A stretch of 64,000 nt of DNA from Truepera sp. (GCA_965218435.1 CBDCKW010000009.1:512001-576000); one strand, 5' to 3'; positions 29,381 to 40,343 are shown, numbered from the stretch's first letter. Numbers and translations are program-made. Notes: generated from the sequence alone by a model not told the origin.

Positions 29381-31624
29381 ATGAAACTTGTCCGTCCCAG
29401 TCTACTCGTCTTGACACCGCTGGTGTTGACGCTCTCTCTGGGCGCTGCGTCCGCGCAGAACACCGCGAACACGGGGCCAAAGGGAAATCTAAGCGCGGCG
29501 ATCCGCACGCTGAGCACTCGCCTAAATAACGCCAAACCGACGCCCACCGAACTCGAGCAGCTCAGCACCTTACAAACGCGGCTAGACACACTGACCCAAG
29601 CCACTGAAAACGCTCAAAACGCCGCCGTAGCGGACGCAAAGCAAGCTCTGACGCAAGCACAAAACGCGCGTAACGCGGCGCAAACCCGCAGCGAAACCCT
29701 GCAAAAGAACTTGAGCGCGGCGCAAGCTCAGGTGCAAAAGCTAAGTGCCTCGCTGACAAACGCTCAAACCCGAGCCAAAGACAATCAGACCCAAAACGAC
29801 ACCTTGACCCAGCAGCTTTCGGCGGCCAAAGAGCAGCAGAACCAGCTGCAAACTCAGCTACAAGAAGCACAAAATCAGTTGAGCCAGGTTCAAACTCGGG
29901 TCAAAACGCTGCAAGGGAACCTCGAGACCGCACAAAACCAGGCGGCAGAGCGCCAGACGCAAAACGAGCAGCTGAGCACCCGGTTGCAACAGTCAAACTC
30001 TCAAGGAGAAACCCGCCAGCGTAGTCTCGAGGCCGCCCAAAACCAGATCGAAAAGCTGAACGCTGAGCTTAAAACTGCTCAAAATAACGCTAAAACTGCG
30101 CAGGACAACGCGGCGCAGCAAAAAAACCAACTCGGTACGGTGACCCAGCAACTCGAGACGACTCAAAACCAAGTTAAAGAGCAGGGCACGCAGAACAATA
30201 CGCTGACCCAGCAGTTAAACACGGTCAAAGCGCAGCAGAGCCAGCTGCAAACGCGACTTCAAGATGCGCAAACCCAGGTGCAACAGCTGACGACAAACTT
30301 AAAGACGGCGGAGCAGCAAGCCGAGCAGCGCGGCACTCAAAATGAGCAGTTGACCAACCGTTTGAGCACCGCTCAACAAAGAGTTCAAACACTGACCGGA
30401 AACTTACAAACGGCTCAGGATCAGCAGGGAACGTTGCAAAACCAACTGCAAGCGGCTCAAACCCAGGTGCAACAGGCTAACGCCAACCTCAAAACGGCCC
30501 GGAATCAAGCGAGTGAACGTCAGGCGCAAAATGAAGCTTTAACGAAGCAGCTCTCAGCTGCGAAGGCGCAGCAGAGCCAACTGCAAACGCAACGTAAAGA
30601 CGCGCAGGCCCAGGTGCAAAAGCTGACTGCCGACCTCAAAACGGCGCAAACTCAGGCCAGCGAACGTCAAACCCAAAACGAAGACTTGACCAAGCAGCTC
30701 CAAGGGGCCAAAACGCAGCAGAATCAGCTGCAAACTCAGCTGAGCGAAGCTCAAAACCGGGTTAAAACGCTGACCACAAACCTCGAGACCACGCGAAATC
30801 AAGCCAGCGAACGCCAAACGCGAAATGAAACTCTGACCCAGCAGCTACAAGCCGCCAAAGAACAGACCACCAAGCTGCAGAGCAACCTGGCCGATACTCA
30901 AACACGTGTCAAAATGCTGAACAACCAGCTGGAGCAAGCGCAGGGCGCACGCGATACGTTTCAAACGAACCTGCAGCAAGCTAAAAATGCCCAAGAAAAC
31001 GTCTCCCAAAAGTTAAACAGTGCGCAGACTCAACTTCAACAGGCGCAGGGAACACTCAAAACGACGCAAACCCAATTGCAACAGGCAAAAACTCAGGTGC
31101 AAACCGCCCAGAGCAACCTGCAAACCAAAGACCAACAGCTGACCGAGGCGCAGGCGCAGCTCAAAACCGCTCAGCAGAAAAACAGTACGCTCAATCAGCG
31201 AGTTACGAACCTCAATAACGAACGCGAGACCTTGGCGCAGCAGCTGAGCGCCGCGACGGGTGCAAGCCAGTCACAACTCTTAAAGCCGGTTGAGGCGCAG
31301 CTGAAAGACGCCCGCGCCCGTGCGGCAACCCTTTCGGAGCAATTCAGCAAGTTTTTAGTGGTTTCGCCGAGCCTAGCTGAACTCAGTGACGCACAGCGAA
31401 ACACTTACAACTCGCTGCGGCAGAACCTCAAACGGACGCAAGAAAACGTCGCGCGGCTTACGGGCGCGCAGGCGGCCTATACCGTCCGCTCCGGCGATTC
31501 GCTTTCAAATATCGCGCTGACCTTTTACGGTGACGGCAACCGCTGGCCCGACATCTTAGCGGCGAACCGTTACCTCGCGAACGCCAAGTACCCTGACATC
31601 GGGACGGTCCTCGTTATCCCGTAA
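29381..31624 (+). CDS. Secreted long coiled-coil protein with a C-terminal LysM domain
   Basis: Signal peptide (ASA-Q); about 600 aa of Q/T/A/L heptads; YTVRSGDSLSNIA...WPDILAAN...IGTVLVIP LysM. Confidence 0.9.
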   Translation: MKLVRPSLLVLTPLVLTLSLGAASAQNTANTGPKGNLSAAIRTLSTRLNNAKPTPTELEQLSTLQTRLDTLTQATENAQNAAVADAKQALTQAQNARNAAQTRSETLQKNLSAAQAQVQKLSASLTNAQTRAKDNQTQNDTLTQQLSAAKEQQNQLQTQLQEAQNQLSQVQTRVKTLQGNLETAQNQAAERQTQNEQLSTRLQQSNSQGETRQRSLEAAQNQIEKLNAELKTAQNNAKTAQDNAAQQKNQLGTVTQQLETTQNQVKEQGTQNNTLTQQLNTVKAQQSQLQTRLQDAQTQVQQLTTNLKTAEQQAEQRGTQNEQLTNRLSTAQQRVQTLTGNLQTAQDQQGTLQNQLQAAQTQVQQANANLKTARNQASERQAQNEALTKQLSAAKAQQSQLQTQRKDAQAQVQKLTADLKTAQTQASERQTQNEDLTKQLQGAKTQQNQLQTQLSEAQNRVKTLTTNLETTRNQASERQTRNETLTQQLQAAKEQTTKLQSNLADTQTRVKMLNNQLEQAQGARDTFQTNLQQAKNAQENVSQKLNSAQTQLQQAQGTLKTTQTQLQQAKTQVQTAQSNLQTKDQQLTEAQAQLKTAQQKNSTLNQRVTNLNNERETLAQQLSAATGASQSQLLKPVEAQLKDARARAATLSEQFSKFLVVSPSLAELSDAQRNTYNSLRQNLKRTQENVARLTGAQAAYTVRSGDSLSNIALTFYGDGNRWPDILAANRYLANAKYPDIGTVLVIP
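30446..30886 (+). repeat. Three tandem 147-bp (49-aa) coding repeats
   Basis: Units start at 30446, 30593 and 30740 (e.g. LKTARNQASERQAQNEALTKQL / LKTAQTQASERQTQNEDLTKQL); more degenerate copies lie upstream. Confidence 0.85.
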
Positions 31625-31686
31625 AAAACGAGCGTCAAAGCCAGCTAAAGAGGCCGCATCCGGTCTCTTTATTTTTGGGCTCCAGG

Positions 31687-32604
31687 TTAAACTTTGGGGT
31701 AAAACGCTGCAAGTTCAGCGCGTGTAGGCGGGTCGGCACCGGGCCGCGTACAGTTAAGCGCCGCCGCCGCCGCCGCAAAAGCAAGCGCGTCTTGCCATAC
31801 GGTGTCCGGCAGCGCAGCCAAGCCGGTCGTTTCGCCCGTCTCGAGCAGTCTGACGAGCAGCGCACCCATAAAAGTATCGCCCGCACCGACGGTATCGGCA
31901 ACCTCAACTTGGGGAATGGGCACCTCGAGCCGTCCCTGGGAACGCAGCAGCACCGTGCGGGCACCGCCCTGTGTGACGATTACCGCTTCGGGACCTCGGC
32001 CTAACCAGTTCTCTGCCTCAGCCAGCGGGTCAGCGCCCGGGTAGAGCCACCCTAAGTCTTGCGAACTCACCTTGACGAGACGGCTGAGGTTTAGGGCAGT
32101 CTCGAGTAGGGGCTCGTAAGCGTCCCGGCTGGGTATCAGCGCCGGTCTGATATTGGGATCGAAGACGGTGCAGCGTTCTTGGTGTGCAGCCAGCGTCTCT
32201 AAAATCGCAGTAGCGCCGGGTTCACGTACCAGGCTCAGCGAGCTGAACGCCAAAAACCGGGTTTCGTCGGGCAGCTTGGGACGAGGGTGAGGATCATAGC
32301 GTGTATAGAGGTCGCCGACGAAGGTAAAGTCCACATCACCGCCCGACTCGGCGACAAACGCCAGCGCCGAGGGTGCGTCGTCTCTTACGATCAGCGAGCG
32401 GTCTACACCGTTGGCCTCGAGGTGTTCTAAAATCGCTTCACCGAAGAGGTCGCGCGACACTTGTGAGGCGAGAGCCACCGGGGTGCCCAGCCGCGCCACC
32501 GCCAGACTCACGTTGAGCGGACTGCCGCCGACAAAACCCTGAAACGCCAATGGGCCGGTCGCCTTAAAATCAATCAGAGCTTCACCGAAACAGACGATGT
32601 TCAT
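31687..32604 (-). CDS. PfkB family carbohydrate kinase (fructokinase-like)
   Basis: GEALID, GGSPLNV, FDPNIRP, DTVGAGDTF. Confidence 0.92.
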   Translation of the reverse strand: MNIVCFGEALIDFKATGPLAFQGFVGGSPLNVSLAVARLGTPVALASQVSRDLFGEAILEHLEANGVDRSLIVRDDAPSALAFVAESGGDVDFTFVGDLYTRYDPHPRPKLPDETRFLAFSSLSLVREPGATAILETLAAHQERCTVFDPNIRPALIPSRDAYEPLLETALNLSRLVKVSSQDLGWLYPGADPLAEAENWLGRGPEAVIVTQGGARTVLLRSQGRLEVPIPQVEVADTVGAGDTFMGALLVRLLETGETTGLAALPDTVWQDALAFAAAAAALNCTRPGADPPTRAELAAFYPKV

Positions 32605-32750
32605 AGCTTGAGAGAGATAACTGTAGTAGGGTTGGTCATCGTAAGCGCAGCCTACCGCAAACTATCTTCTCTGAAAAGTCAGGCCAGCGCGTCACTATTT
32701 TGCTCAGACCCTATCTCAAGTAAGGTTGTAACGGGGCGGCCGAAGCCGTT

Positions 32751-33911
32751 TTAACGTTCGGAGAGCGCAGGATTGCGTTCAGCGGCCTGGGGCAGGGTGC
32801 GGCGGCGTGGTGGCGGCAGCGTGCCGAGCCTTAGCCTGTGCTGAACCGGCGCAGGGTGCGTCACGCTCGTTTGGGCCGGAGTACGGTCACAGACCGCTTC
32901 GTAAGCGTCCAAGGTTTTTAGCGCGATAGTGTCCCAACTCAGGTCGCTCAGCGTAAGCGCGGGGCGCGGTTCGGCGGCCCACTCGAGGGCGTGGCGGAGC
33001 GTCTCAGCGGTCAGGTCGCCCTGAAACGTCTTGACCCATTTGTGTCCGGCGTACCGCTGCAGGTCACTCATCGCGCCACGCGCCGGGACGAGCGCCGGGA
33101 CGTCAAACGAAAGCGAAAGCACCGCGCTCGACGAATTGAGAATGTCTTTGTAAGGTAGCGCCATCAGGTTGCTCGCACGCAGATAAAGCTGCAGGTCGTC
33201 GTCGGGGACGAACTCGAGCACGAGTTTTACCCGTGGGTCGTCGCCCGCCGCGTCCCGGAGTTCGTCCCGGAGCCACGCGTCTTTAGTGCGCCCGACGATC
33301 AAGAGGGCGAGGTCACCCTCGGGAAGTTGCCGGAAGGTGCGGACGAGGTGAGGGACATTTTTATACGCGCGGATATGACCGGTAAAACTGACCACGCGGG
33401 CGCTCTGCGAAAGGCCCAGCGCCCGCCGCGCTGAAGCCGGTGTGACGGTGTCTTGATAGTAGCCCCGGTAGTGACCGAGTGGCACGATAAAAGACGGGAG
33501 CTTTTTAAGCTGCGGAAACCGCGCTTCGGCCAGCTCGCGTCCGTCCGGGCTCAGCGCAATCCAGCCGTCTAGGAGCCGCGTAAACTGCCGCCAGAAGTGA
33601 GGCTCGAGGTGAGGGTGCCTGCCTTCATGCTGCTTTAAGTTGTGCGCCGTCCAGATGATTTTAGTGCCGCGCATCCTGGCCGCGTGCATCTCGGTTAAAA
33701 GCCGGGTCGCCTGCGCACCGGCCCAAAAAGGATTGGGGTCGATCAGCCGGTTTTCGGGCCAGTGCATGTGCCATACATCGAAAGACTTTTTAACCGGTGC
33801 ATAAGCTGAAAAGTCGGTCACGTCCACGTCCAGCTGCTCTAGGTGTGTATAAAGCTGCGTAATGTACGGTTGCTGAACGTAGTGAAGGCCGGGCCAGGCG
33901 AGAACGCGCAT
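32751..33911 (-). CDS. Glycosyltransferase, GT-B/family 4-like
   Basis: HMHWPE, IWTAHNL, GHIRAYKNV, LPYKDILNSSSAVL; start taken at MRVLAWP. Confidence 0.85.
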   Translation of the reverse strand: MRVLAWPGLHYVQQPYITQLYTHLEQLDVDVTDFSAYAPVKKSFDVWHMHWPENRLIDPNPFWAGAQATRLLTEMHAARMRGTKIIWTAHNLKQHEGRHPHLEPHFWRQFTRLLDGWIALSPDGRELAEARFPQLKKLPSFIVPLGHYRGYYQDTVTPASARRALGLSQSARVVSFTGHIRAYKNVPHLVRTFRQLPEGDLALLIVGRTKDAWLRDELRDAAGDDPRVKLVLEFVPDDDLQLYLRASNLMALPYKDILNSSSAVLSLSFDVPALVPARGAMSDLQRYAGHKWVKTFQGDLTAETLRHALEWAAEPRPALTLSDLSWDTIALKTLDAYEAVCDRTPAQTSVTHPAPVQHRLRLGTLPPPRRRTLPQAAERNPALSER

Positions 33912-34192
33912 ATCTGAAGATACTACACGATGTAAATAATTCACGTGACGACTGACTACAGTGATTTGTAAAAAACTTCCTATCGTAGCCTCAGCGTGTG
34001 TGCTAACTTCCCGTCGGCAAGTTGAACCAGCTTGACAACGCTGAAGAACGCGCCGCCTAAACTTCAAAAAAGTCATTCGCTTACCGGGGCGTAACCTTTG
34101 CTTTAAGCTTTTTACGGTCTACGCGCACTCACTGGAGCTCTGAGCGGCAGGAAATGACCGCTAACTGCCCCGCTGAAGAGCCCAAGCTCCGC

Positions 34193-36217
34193 TCAGTCGC
34201 CTTGGACCCGTGGTACCGAGGTACGCTGAGCTGCGCCGTCTTGATGCTGATACTGCAGTTCGTAGAGCTTACGGTAGTAACCGCCCTGCGCTAAGAGTTC
34301 AAAATGGTTGCCCTGCTCGAGTAACTGCCCTTTTTTCATCACCATAATCCGGTCAACGTTTTGAATGGTAGACAAGCGGTGCGCGATGATGATGCTCGTG
34401 CGGCCCTGCATGAGTTTTTCTAACGCGTCTTGAATCAGTTCTTCGGTCTCGGTGTCAACGTTGGCGGTCGCCTCGTCTAACACCAGCAAAATATCCGGGT
34501 TTTGTACCAAAGCCCTAGCAAAGGCGATGAGCTGCTTTTGCCCGGTGGAAAAACCCGCGCCGCGCTCACGTACCGGCGTGTCGTAGCCTTGCGGTAAACG
34601 TTCGATAAAGCTGTGTGCGTTGACGAACTTGGCGGCTTCGGTCACGCGCTCTAAGGAGATACTCGGGTCGTTTAAGGTGATGTTGCTGCGCACCGTGCCA
34701 CTAAATAAAAACGGGTCTTGCAAGACGATGCCGACGTGCCGCCGAAGCTCGATCTGGTCATAGTCTTTGACATCTTTACCGTCTAACAGGATGCGGCCCC
34801 GCTGCACGTCGTAAAACCGGCTCACGAGGCTGATGATGGTGGTTTTGCCTGCGCCAGTATGCCCGACAAACGCCACCGACTCCCCCGGTTGGATCGTAAA
34901 GTCGAGGTCGCGCAGCACCCACTCGTCCTCGTTATAAGCGAACGAGACATGATCAAAGGTCACCTCACCGCGAAAGCCGGATTCAAAGGTGTCGGCGTCT
35001 AACTCGGACATAATCTCTTCAGGCGTGTCTAAAAGCCCAAAAATCCGCTCCGCCGAGGCGGTTGCCGCCTGCAAGATGTTAAAGCGGTCACTCAAATTTT
35101 GAATCGGGCGGAAAAAATCTTGTGAATACTGCAAAAAGGCGGTCAACAGGCCGATGGTAATCACGCCGCCCGCACCTGGAGCCGTGCCGGTCAGCTGCGC
35201 CGTACCGTAGTAAAGAATCAGCGAGACCGAGACCGCACTGGTCAGCTGCACCACCGGAAAAAAGAGGCTGAACCAACGGACCTGTTCGGCGTAGGCGTCG
35301 AGCAGGTCCAGGTTAATACGGTCGAACTCGCGCTCGTTACGCCGTTCACGGTTAAAGAGCTGCACCGTTTTCATCCCCGAGAGGTTTTCAGACAAGTAGG
35401 CGTTTGACTTCGAGGTGCGCAGCCGCACAGCCCGGAACGCGTCGCGGATGCGGCTACGGACGTAGTTGAGGACGAAATACAACACGGGCATCACTGCGAG
35501 CGTAATCAGCGCAAGCTGCCAGTTGATGGTAAACATATAGACCATTAGACCGACTAACAACCCAACGTCGGCGATAATGCCGACCACGCCGTCTACCACG
35601 GCTTGCTGGATCGCCTCGATGTCGCTCGTGACTCTCGTAATCAGGCGTCCGACCGGGGTACGGTCGAAAAAACCCATGTGGAGCCGCTGCACTTTGCTAA
35701 AAATCTCGCTGCGAATATCAAAAATCACGTGTTGACCGAGCCAGTTGACCAGGTAGGTGTAGCCGTAGCGCAGGGCGAAATTGAGCACCCTAAGGCCCAT
35801 ATAGACGAGGACCAGCGTTACCACACCGCTGTAGCGGGCGCTTTCACTGAGGGCAGTATAGGGCGCGTTTACCGGTTTGAGATACCGGTCAATTCCCAGG
35901 GTAATCAGGTAAGGAAACACCGGAACGACGGCGCTATAGATAAGAAGCAGCGCGATGGCCCCAAAGACGTGCGTGCGGTAAGGGCGTAAGTAGCGCAAAA
36001 GCCGCCTCGAGATACCCCCACTCAGGCCCCGATCAACCGCTTCACCCTCTTCGTCAAAACGTCCTTCGCGCCGGAGCGCCTTAACCTTACCTGCCCGCGT
36101 TTGCCGCGCCTGCCGTTTGGCTTCTCTAATGTCGTAGTGGTCTATGTTCTGCACTGTTACGTTCTGCGCTGTATTGTTGTTCTGCACTGTATCCACCGTC
36201 ACCTCATTACGCGGCAT
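34193..36217 (-). CDS. ABC exporter half-transporter (TMD+NBD) of a heterodimer
   Basis: GHTGAGKT, degenerate signature FSTGQKQ, LDEATAN, IAHRLST. Confidence 0.93.
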   Translation of the reverse strand: MPRNEVTVDTVQNNNTAQNVTVQNIDHYDIREAKRQARQTRAGKVKALRREGRFDEEGEAVDRGLSGGISRRLLRYLRPYRTHVFGAIALLLIYSAVVPVFPYLITLGIDRYLKPVNAPYTALSESARYSGVVTLVLVYMGLRVLNFALRYGYTYLVNWLGQHVIFDIRSEIFSKVQRLHMGFFDRTPVGRLITRVTSDIEAIQQAVVDGVVGIIADVGLLVGLMVYMFTINWQLALITLAVMPVLYFVLNYVRSRIRDAFRAVRLRTSKSNAYLSENLSGMKTVQLFNRERRNEREFDRINLDLLDAYAEQVRWFSLFFPVVQLTSAVSVSLILYYGTAQLTGTAPGAGGVITIGLLTAFLQYSQDFFRPIQNLSDRFNILQAATASAERIFGLLDTPEEIMSELDADTFESGFRGEVTFDHVSFAYNEDEWVLRDLDFTIQPGESVAFVGHTGAGKTTIISLVSRFYDVQRGRILLDGKDVKDYDQIELRRHVGIVLQDPFLFSGTVRSNITLNDPSISLERVTEAAKFVNAHSFIERLPQGYDTPVRERGAGFSTGQKQLIAFARALVQNPDILLVLDEATANVDTETEELIQDALEKLMQGRTSIIIAHRLSTIQNVDRIMVMKKGQLLEQGNHFELLAQGGYYRKLYELQYQHQDGAAQRTSVPRVQGD

Positions 36218-38048
36218 CTAAAGACGCCTCGAGCTGTTGCCTCTCATTGATGTCGGCGTACCAGCCGCCCGCTGCGACGAGTTCGGCGTGTGACCCCTTC
36301 TCGACCACCCGGCCCTCGTCTAACACCAAGATAAAGTCGGTGCCTTCAAACGCCGTCACGCGGTGCCCGACGATCAGGCTGGTGCGTCCCTTCGTGACGT
36401 GCTCGAGGTTGTCCAAAATCAGCGCCTCGGTTTGCGTGTCCACAGCCGATAAAGCGTCGTCTAAGATTAAAATACTCGGCTCGCGAACAATCGCCCTGGC
36501 CATCGCCGTGCGCTGCCTTTGTCCCCCCGAAAGCGTCACGCCGCGCTCCCCCAGTGAGGTGTCGTACCCTTGCGGAAAGTCTTCCACGTCACCGGCAAGC
36601 TGAACCAACTGCGCCACCCGCTGCGCGTGCGCCCGCGTGTCTTCCGGCGTTTCTTCAGGTACGCCGTAGGTGATATTTTCAGCAATTGTGTCGGAAAATA
36701 AAAACGGCTCTTGCGGGACCAAACCGATATTTTCACGTAAAACCTCGACCGGGTAACGTTTGATATTGACGCCGTCAATCAGAACTTCGCCCTCGTCCGG
36801 GTCAATCAACCGAGTAATCAGGTTGACGACCAGCGTTTTGCCCGACCCCGTATGACCGGTCAAGCCGACCTTGGCCCCCGCCGGAATCTTAAAGCTTACG
36901 TTGTCTAGCGCAGCCACCTCACCAAACCGAACGGTGACGTTCCTAAACTCGACGGCTCCCCGCACCGTTTTCAAGCTAAAATCGGTGTCGGCGTTGTCCA
37001 TCACACTTGGCTGAGCGTCTAAAATCTCCCGAAGTCTTCCCCACGAGGTAAAGCCGCGCTGCGCCATCGACGCAATCCAACCGAGCGCCAAAATCGGCCA
37101 CTGTATCTGCAAAAATAAAAACAAAAAGTCGATAAAGCCGCCGATGTTAAAGGTGCCGGTAAGAATTGCCCGGCCACCAAAGAGTAGCAGTACCGACACG
37201 GTGAGGCCGAACAGCATTTCCATGAGCGGAAAAAGCGGCCCGTCGGCTTTGGTCAGCGACAAATTACGGCGAATAAACTCGTTATTGAGTGCGCCGAAGC
37301 GTTCAGTTTCACGGGCCTCGATGCCGAAGCCCTTGACGACCCGGATGCCACTAAAGTTTTCTTGCGCCATCGCCGACACGTCCGAAAGCTGCGCCTGCAC
37401 CGCTTCGTAGCGCCGGATCACAACGCGGAGCAAGATAAAAAAGCTGAGCGTAATCAGCGGCACGATAATGAGCGTCAGCAACGCCAGATTCGCGTCCAGG
37501 GCGAACATCCGCCAGAAGGTAAAACTGAGGAGTAGAAGTGTGTTGAGGCCCTGAAAAATCCCGACGCCGATAAACTGCCGTACGGCGTTTAGGTCCGCAG
37601 TCAGCCGCGCCATCAGGTCGCCGACGCGGGTGTCGTCGTAATAGTCGGTGCCCAGACGGGTAAAGTGCGCGAAGAGGTCGCGGCGGATATCGAATTGAAT
37701 CTCCCACGAGGCGTTAAGCATCAAGCGGCGCACAACGATCATAGCGATTGACGCGACAACCGCCAGCCCCAAAACCGCAAAAACGTAAATCCAAACCGAC
37801 CCGACCGGTGGATTTTGCAGGCGGGTATAAACCTCAGAAAGTGAACCGGCTCCAGCAAAAATCGCGTGGATAAAAGCCCAGGGTGTGCTGAGCGTAACGT
37901 TGCCCGCTTCAAATGCGGCGGCGGCAGCGCCGATGACACGCGGCGTTTGCACAAACGCGGCGCTGTAAATGACGAGCATCACCGCGCCGAGCGAAAACGC
38001 GACCGGATAACGGCGGACGTAATGAAAAAGGTCTTTTAAGGTCTGCAC
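36207..38048 (-). CDS. ABC exporter half-transporter of a heterodimer (TmrAB-like pair)
   Basis: GHTGSGKT, LSGGQRQR, Walker B LDDALSAVD (E to D). Confidence 0.93.
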   Translation of the reverse strand: MQTLKDLFHYVRRYPVAFSLGAVMLVIYSAAFVQTPRVIGAAAAAFEAGNVTLSTPWAFIHAIFAGAGSLSEVYTRLQNPPVGSVWIYVFAVLGLAVVASIAMIVVRRLMLNASWEIQFDIRRDLFAHFTRLGTDYYDDTRVGDLMARLTADLNAVRQFIGVGIFQGLNTLLLLSFTFWRMFALDANLALLTLIIVPLITLSFFILLRVVIRRYEAVQAQLSDVSAMAQENFSGIRVVKGFGIEARETERFGALNNEFIRRNLSLTKADGPLFPLMEMLFGLTVSVLLLFGGRAILTGTFNIGGFIDFLFLFLQIQWPILALGWIASMAQRGFTSWGRLREILDAQPSVMDNADTDFSLKTVRGAVEFRNVTVRFGEVAALDNVSFKIPAGAKVGLTGHTGSGKTLVVNLITRLIDPDEGEVLIDGVNIKRYPVEVLRENIGLVPQEPFLFSDTIAENITYGVPEETPEDTRAHAQRVAQLVQLAGDVEDFPQGYDTSLGERGVTLSGGQRQRTAMARAIVREPSILILDDALSAVDTQTEALILDNLEHVTKGRTSLIVGHRVTAFEGTDFILVLDEGRVVEKGSHAELVAAGGWYADINERQQLEASLDAA

Positions 38049-38412
38049 AGCGGCCCTCCTGCAAGCAAGACCTAAGCTAACACAACCTCCAAAATGAGAG
38101 TTGTTTCGCCCTTACATGTGGTCTAAAGCTGGTCTATAAGGTGAATGTACTGAGATTGTGGTTTTGTGCGAGGTAGGGAGCGAGAAGTAGAAAGTAAGAT
38201 TTTATTGACCTTCTAAGTTTAGCGAAAGTCATGGAGTACGGAGGAGTAGAGATTAAGAAGCAAGAAAATAGCAGCCGAACAGCGAAGCTGGCGTTTTTCA
38301 CTTGCTTGAAGCTTGGTACAAAAGCAAACGTCAACCCAACCTACTAAAGTATCGGTCACAGCTTGATGATGTGTGACGATCTGAACAGGCGTCAAGCTAG
38401 TGCTAGATGGGC

Positions 38413-39579
38413 TCAGGGTAAAACCCTAGCCACCAAAAACTTGAGGTAGCGCCCTTCAGGGAATCCTGCCGGAACCGGATGGTCAGGAGCGTGGCCTGCT
38501 TCGTGAATAACTTGGGCGCGGACTCCCGCGTAAGCGGCTGCCTCACCTAAAACGCGGCGAAAGTCCTCGGGTGAGACCTGCGCGGTGCAGCTCGCGGTGG
38601 CTAAAAAACCGCCCGGTGAAACGCAGCGCAGCGCCTGCGCGTTGAGTTTGCCGTAGGCGCGGAGCGCCGCGAACCGGCTTTTTTTGTTACGGGCCAGCGT
38701 GGGCGGGTCGAGCACCACCACGTCGAATTTTTCTTTGCGCTTTGTATATTCAGTAAGCAGCGAAAACACGTCGGTACTTAAAAACGTATGGGCGTCCGGG
38801 TTGAAACCGTTGAGGGCAAAGTTGCGTTTGGCGTCTTCGGTCGCGGCCGGGGCGATATCTACACTCGTCACGTGCGCCGCCCCACCCCGGAGCGCGTAGA
38901 GCGAAAACGCGCCGGTATAGCTGAACAAATTAAGCACACGCTTGCCCGCCGCAAACCGGGAAAGTGTCTGCCGGTTGTCGCGGTGGTCTAAAAAAAGGCC
39001 GGTTTTCTGCCCGTCGTAAAGGTTGGCGAGAAGCTTGATTCCGTTTTCCTGAACCGTGACTTCAGGCGGCGGCAGTTGGCCCCACAAGGCGCGTGTTTCG
39101 CCGGAATCCCTCGAGACCACCCCGCGCAACTTGAGTGACGCACCTACAGCTTTGGCAACTTCGGGTACGAGCGCCGCCACACTTTCCGAATAGCTTTTTA
39201 GGACGGCAAACCGTTCGTAGCGGTCAACCGTAAGCCCCGGTAAAAAGTCGCCTTCGCCGTACACGAGGCGGCAAGTGTTGGTCTCCGCACCGATAGTCTG
39301 TGTGCGCAGCGTCAAGGCGTCTCTTACTCGGTTTTCAATCCACTTGCCCCCTAGCGGCTCACTCCCCAAAAGCCGCACCGCAATCTGCCCCTCGGCGTCA
39401 AAAAGTCCGTAAGCCTCGGCGCTACCGGCTCTGACCCTTACCCAGTCACCCGTTTGTAACGTGTGTTTAGACAAATGATTGCGGTAAACCCACGGATGAC
39501 CCGACTTTAAGGCGGTTTCTAAGCCGGGGTCTAAGATGAGGACTGCTGAGCTAAGGGGCACTGTTAGAAGTGGGGCCAC
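38413..39579 (-). CDS. RlmI-like 23S rRNA m5C methyltransferase
   Basis: PUA-like GHPWVY, GQKTGLFLD, NLFSYTGAF, LDPP, SCT, YLK. Confidence 0.88.
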   Translation of the reverse strand: MAPLLTVPLSSAVLILDPGLETALKSGHPWVYRNHLSKHTLQTGDWVRVRAGSAEAYGLFDAEGQIAVRLLGSEPLGGKWIENRVRDALTLRTQTIGAETNTCRLVYGEGDFLPGLTVDRYERFAVLKSYSESVAALVPEVAKAVGASLKLRGVVSRDSGETRALWGQLPPPEVTVQENGIKLLANLYDGQKTGLFLDHRDNRQTLSRFAAGKRVLNLFSYTGAFSLYALRGGAAHVTSVDIAPAATEDAKRNFALNGFNPDAHTFLSTDVFSLLTEYTKRKEKFDVVVLDPPTLARNKKSRFAALRAYGKLNAQALRCVSPGGFLATASCTAQVSPEDFRRVLGEAAAYAGVRAQVIHEAGHAPDHPVPAGFPEGRYLKFLVARVLP

Positions 39580-39605
39580 TCCTCAGCTTAACGAATCGCC
39601 AGCCG

Positions 39606-40343
39606 CTAGTAGTCGGTCCGGTTGACGTACCCGCTTGAGCCCCCGTACGAGACGATCTGCCCCGCACCCGCGACGACCACCGCGTTTTCCGGTATATCTT
39701 TAACCACCACACAGTTCACGCCAATCGCTGCATGATCCCCGACTTTTACCCCGCCGATAATTTTGGCACCCGGTCCGATAAAGACGTTATCTCCAATTTG
39801 CGGCGTTCCCTGACGCGCACCCCGGTTCGACTGCCCAATGGTTACGCCGTTACCGAGGTTGCAGTTTTTACCGATCACAGCGCGGCTATTGATGACAATA
39901 TCGCCGAGATGCTCCAAAAAGAGCCCCGGTCCAATCTTGGTCGTGGGCGGAATCCAAACCCCGTGCTTGTGCTGATAGTGATGGTAAACAGTCCGTACTA
40001 AGGGATAGAGGGTACGGCGCAGTACCGGACGCGCTCGGCAAAAGCTCGTCGTGCGGAGCCAAAACATATGCTTAAAACCCATATCGGTGGCGAGCGCCTT
40101 GACAAAAACGTTGAACCCTGAAGCTCCGGTTTTGCGGTAAAGGTCGGCACGTACCAGCTGCCGGTAAGCAGAAAAGCTCGGGGCGGCTGAGCTGGCTGCT
40201 CGAGCGGTGCCCGGCTGAACAGTTTTAGGTTCGGGCGTAGGAAGTAGGGGGGTACTATACCCTAGACCATGCCCATATCTACCCCGAGGTACCTGCAACT
40301 GCGGGGCTGCGGGGTGAGTTTCACCTGCTTGTACTTTAGCCAT
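39606..40343 (-). CDS. Serine acetyltransferase-like hexapeptide acyltransferase (WcaB/CysE-like)
   Basis: IGPGLFLEH, IGKNCNLGNGVTIG, PQIGDNVFIGPGAKIIG. Confidence 0.8.
   Translation of the reverse strand: MAKVQAGETHPAAPQLQVPRGRYGHGLGYSTPLLPTPEPKTVQPGTARAASSAAPSFSAYRQLVRADLYRKTGASGFNVFVKALATDMGFKHMFWLRTTSFCRARPVLRRTLYPLVRTVYHHYQHKHGVWIPPTTKIGPGLFLEHLGDIVINSRAVIGKNCNLGNGVTIGQSNRGARQGTPQIGDNVFIGPGAKIIGGVKVGDHAAIGVNCVVVKDIPENAVVVAGAGQIVSYGGSSGYVNRTDY

Noticed and set aside
33912..34076. N-terminal extension of the glycosyltransferase in the ORF track
   Set aside because: AT-rich and not protein-like; family-like sequence starts at MRVLAWP
38372..38387. CRP-like site TGTGA-N6-GAACA
   Set aside because: Only one good half-site, and far from the next start codon
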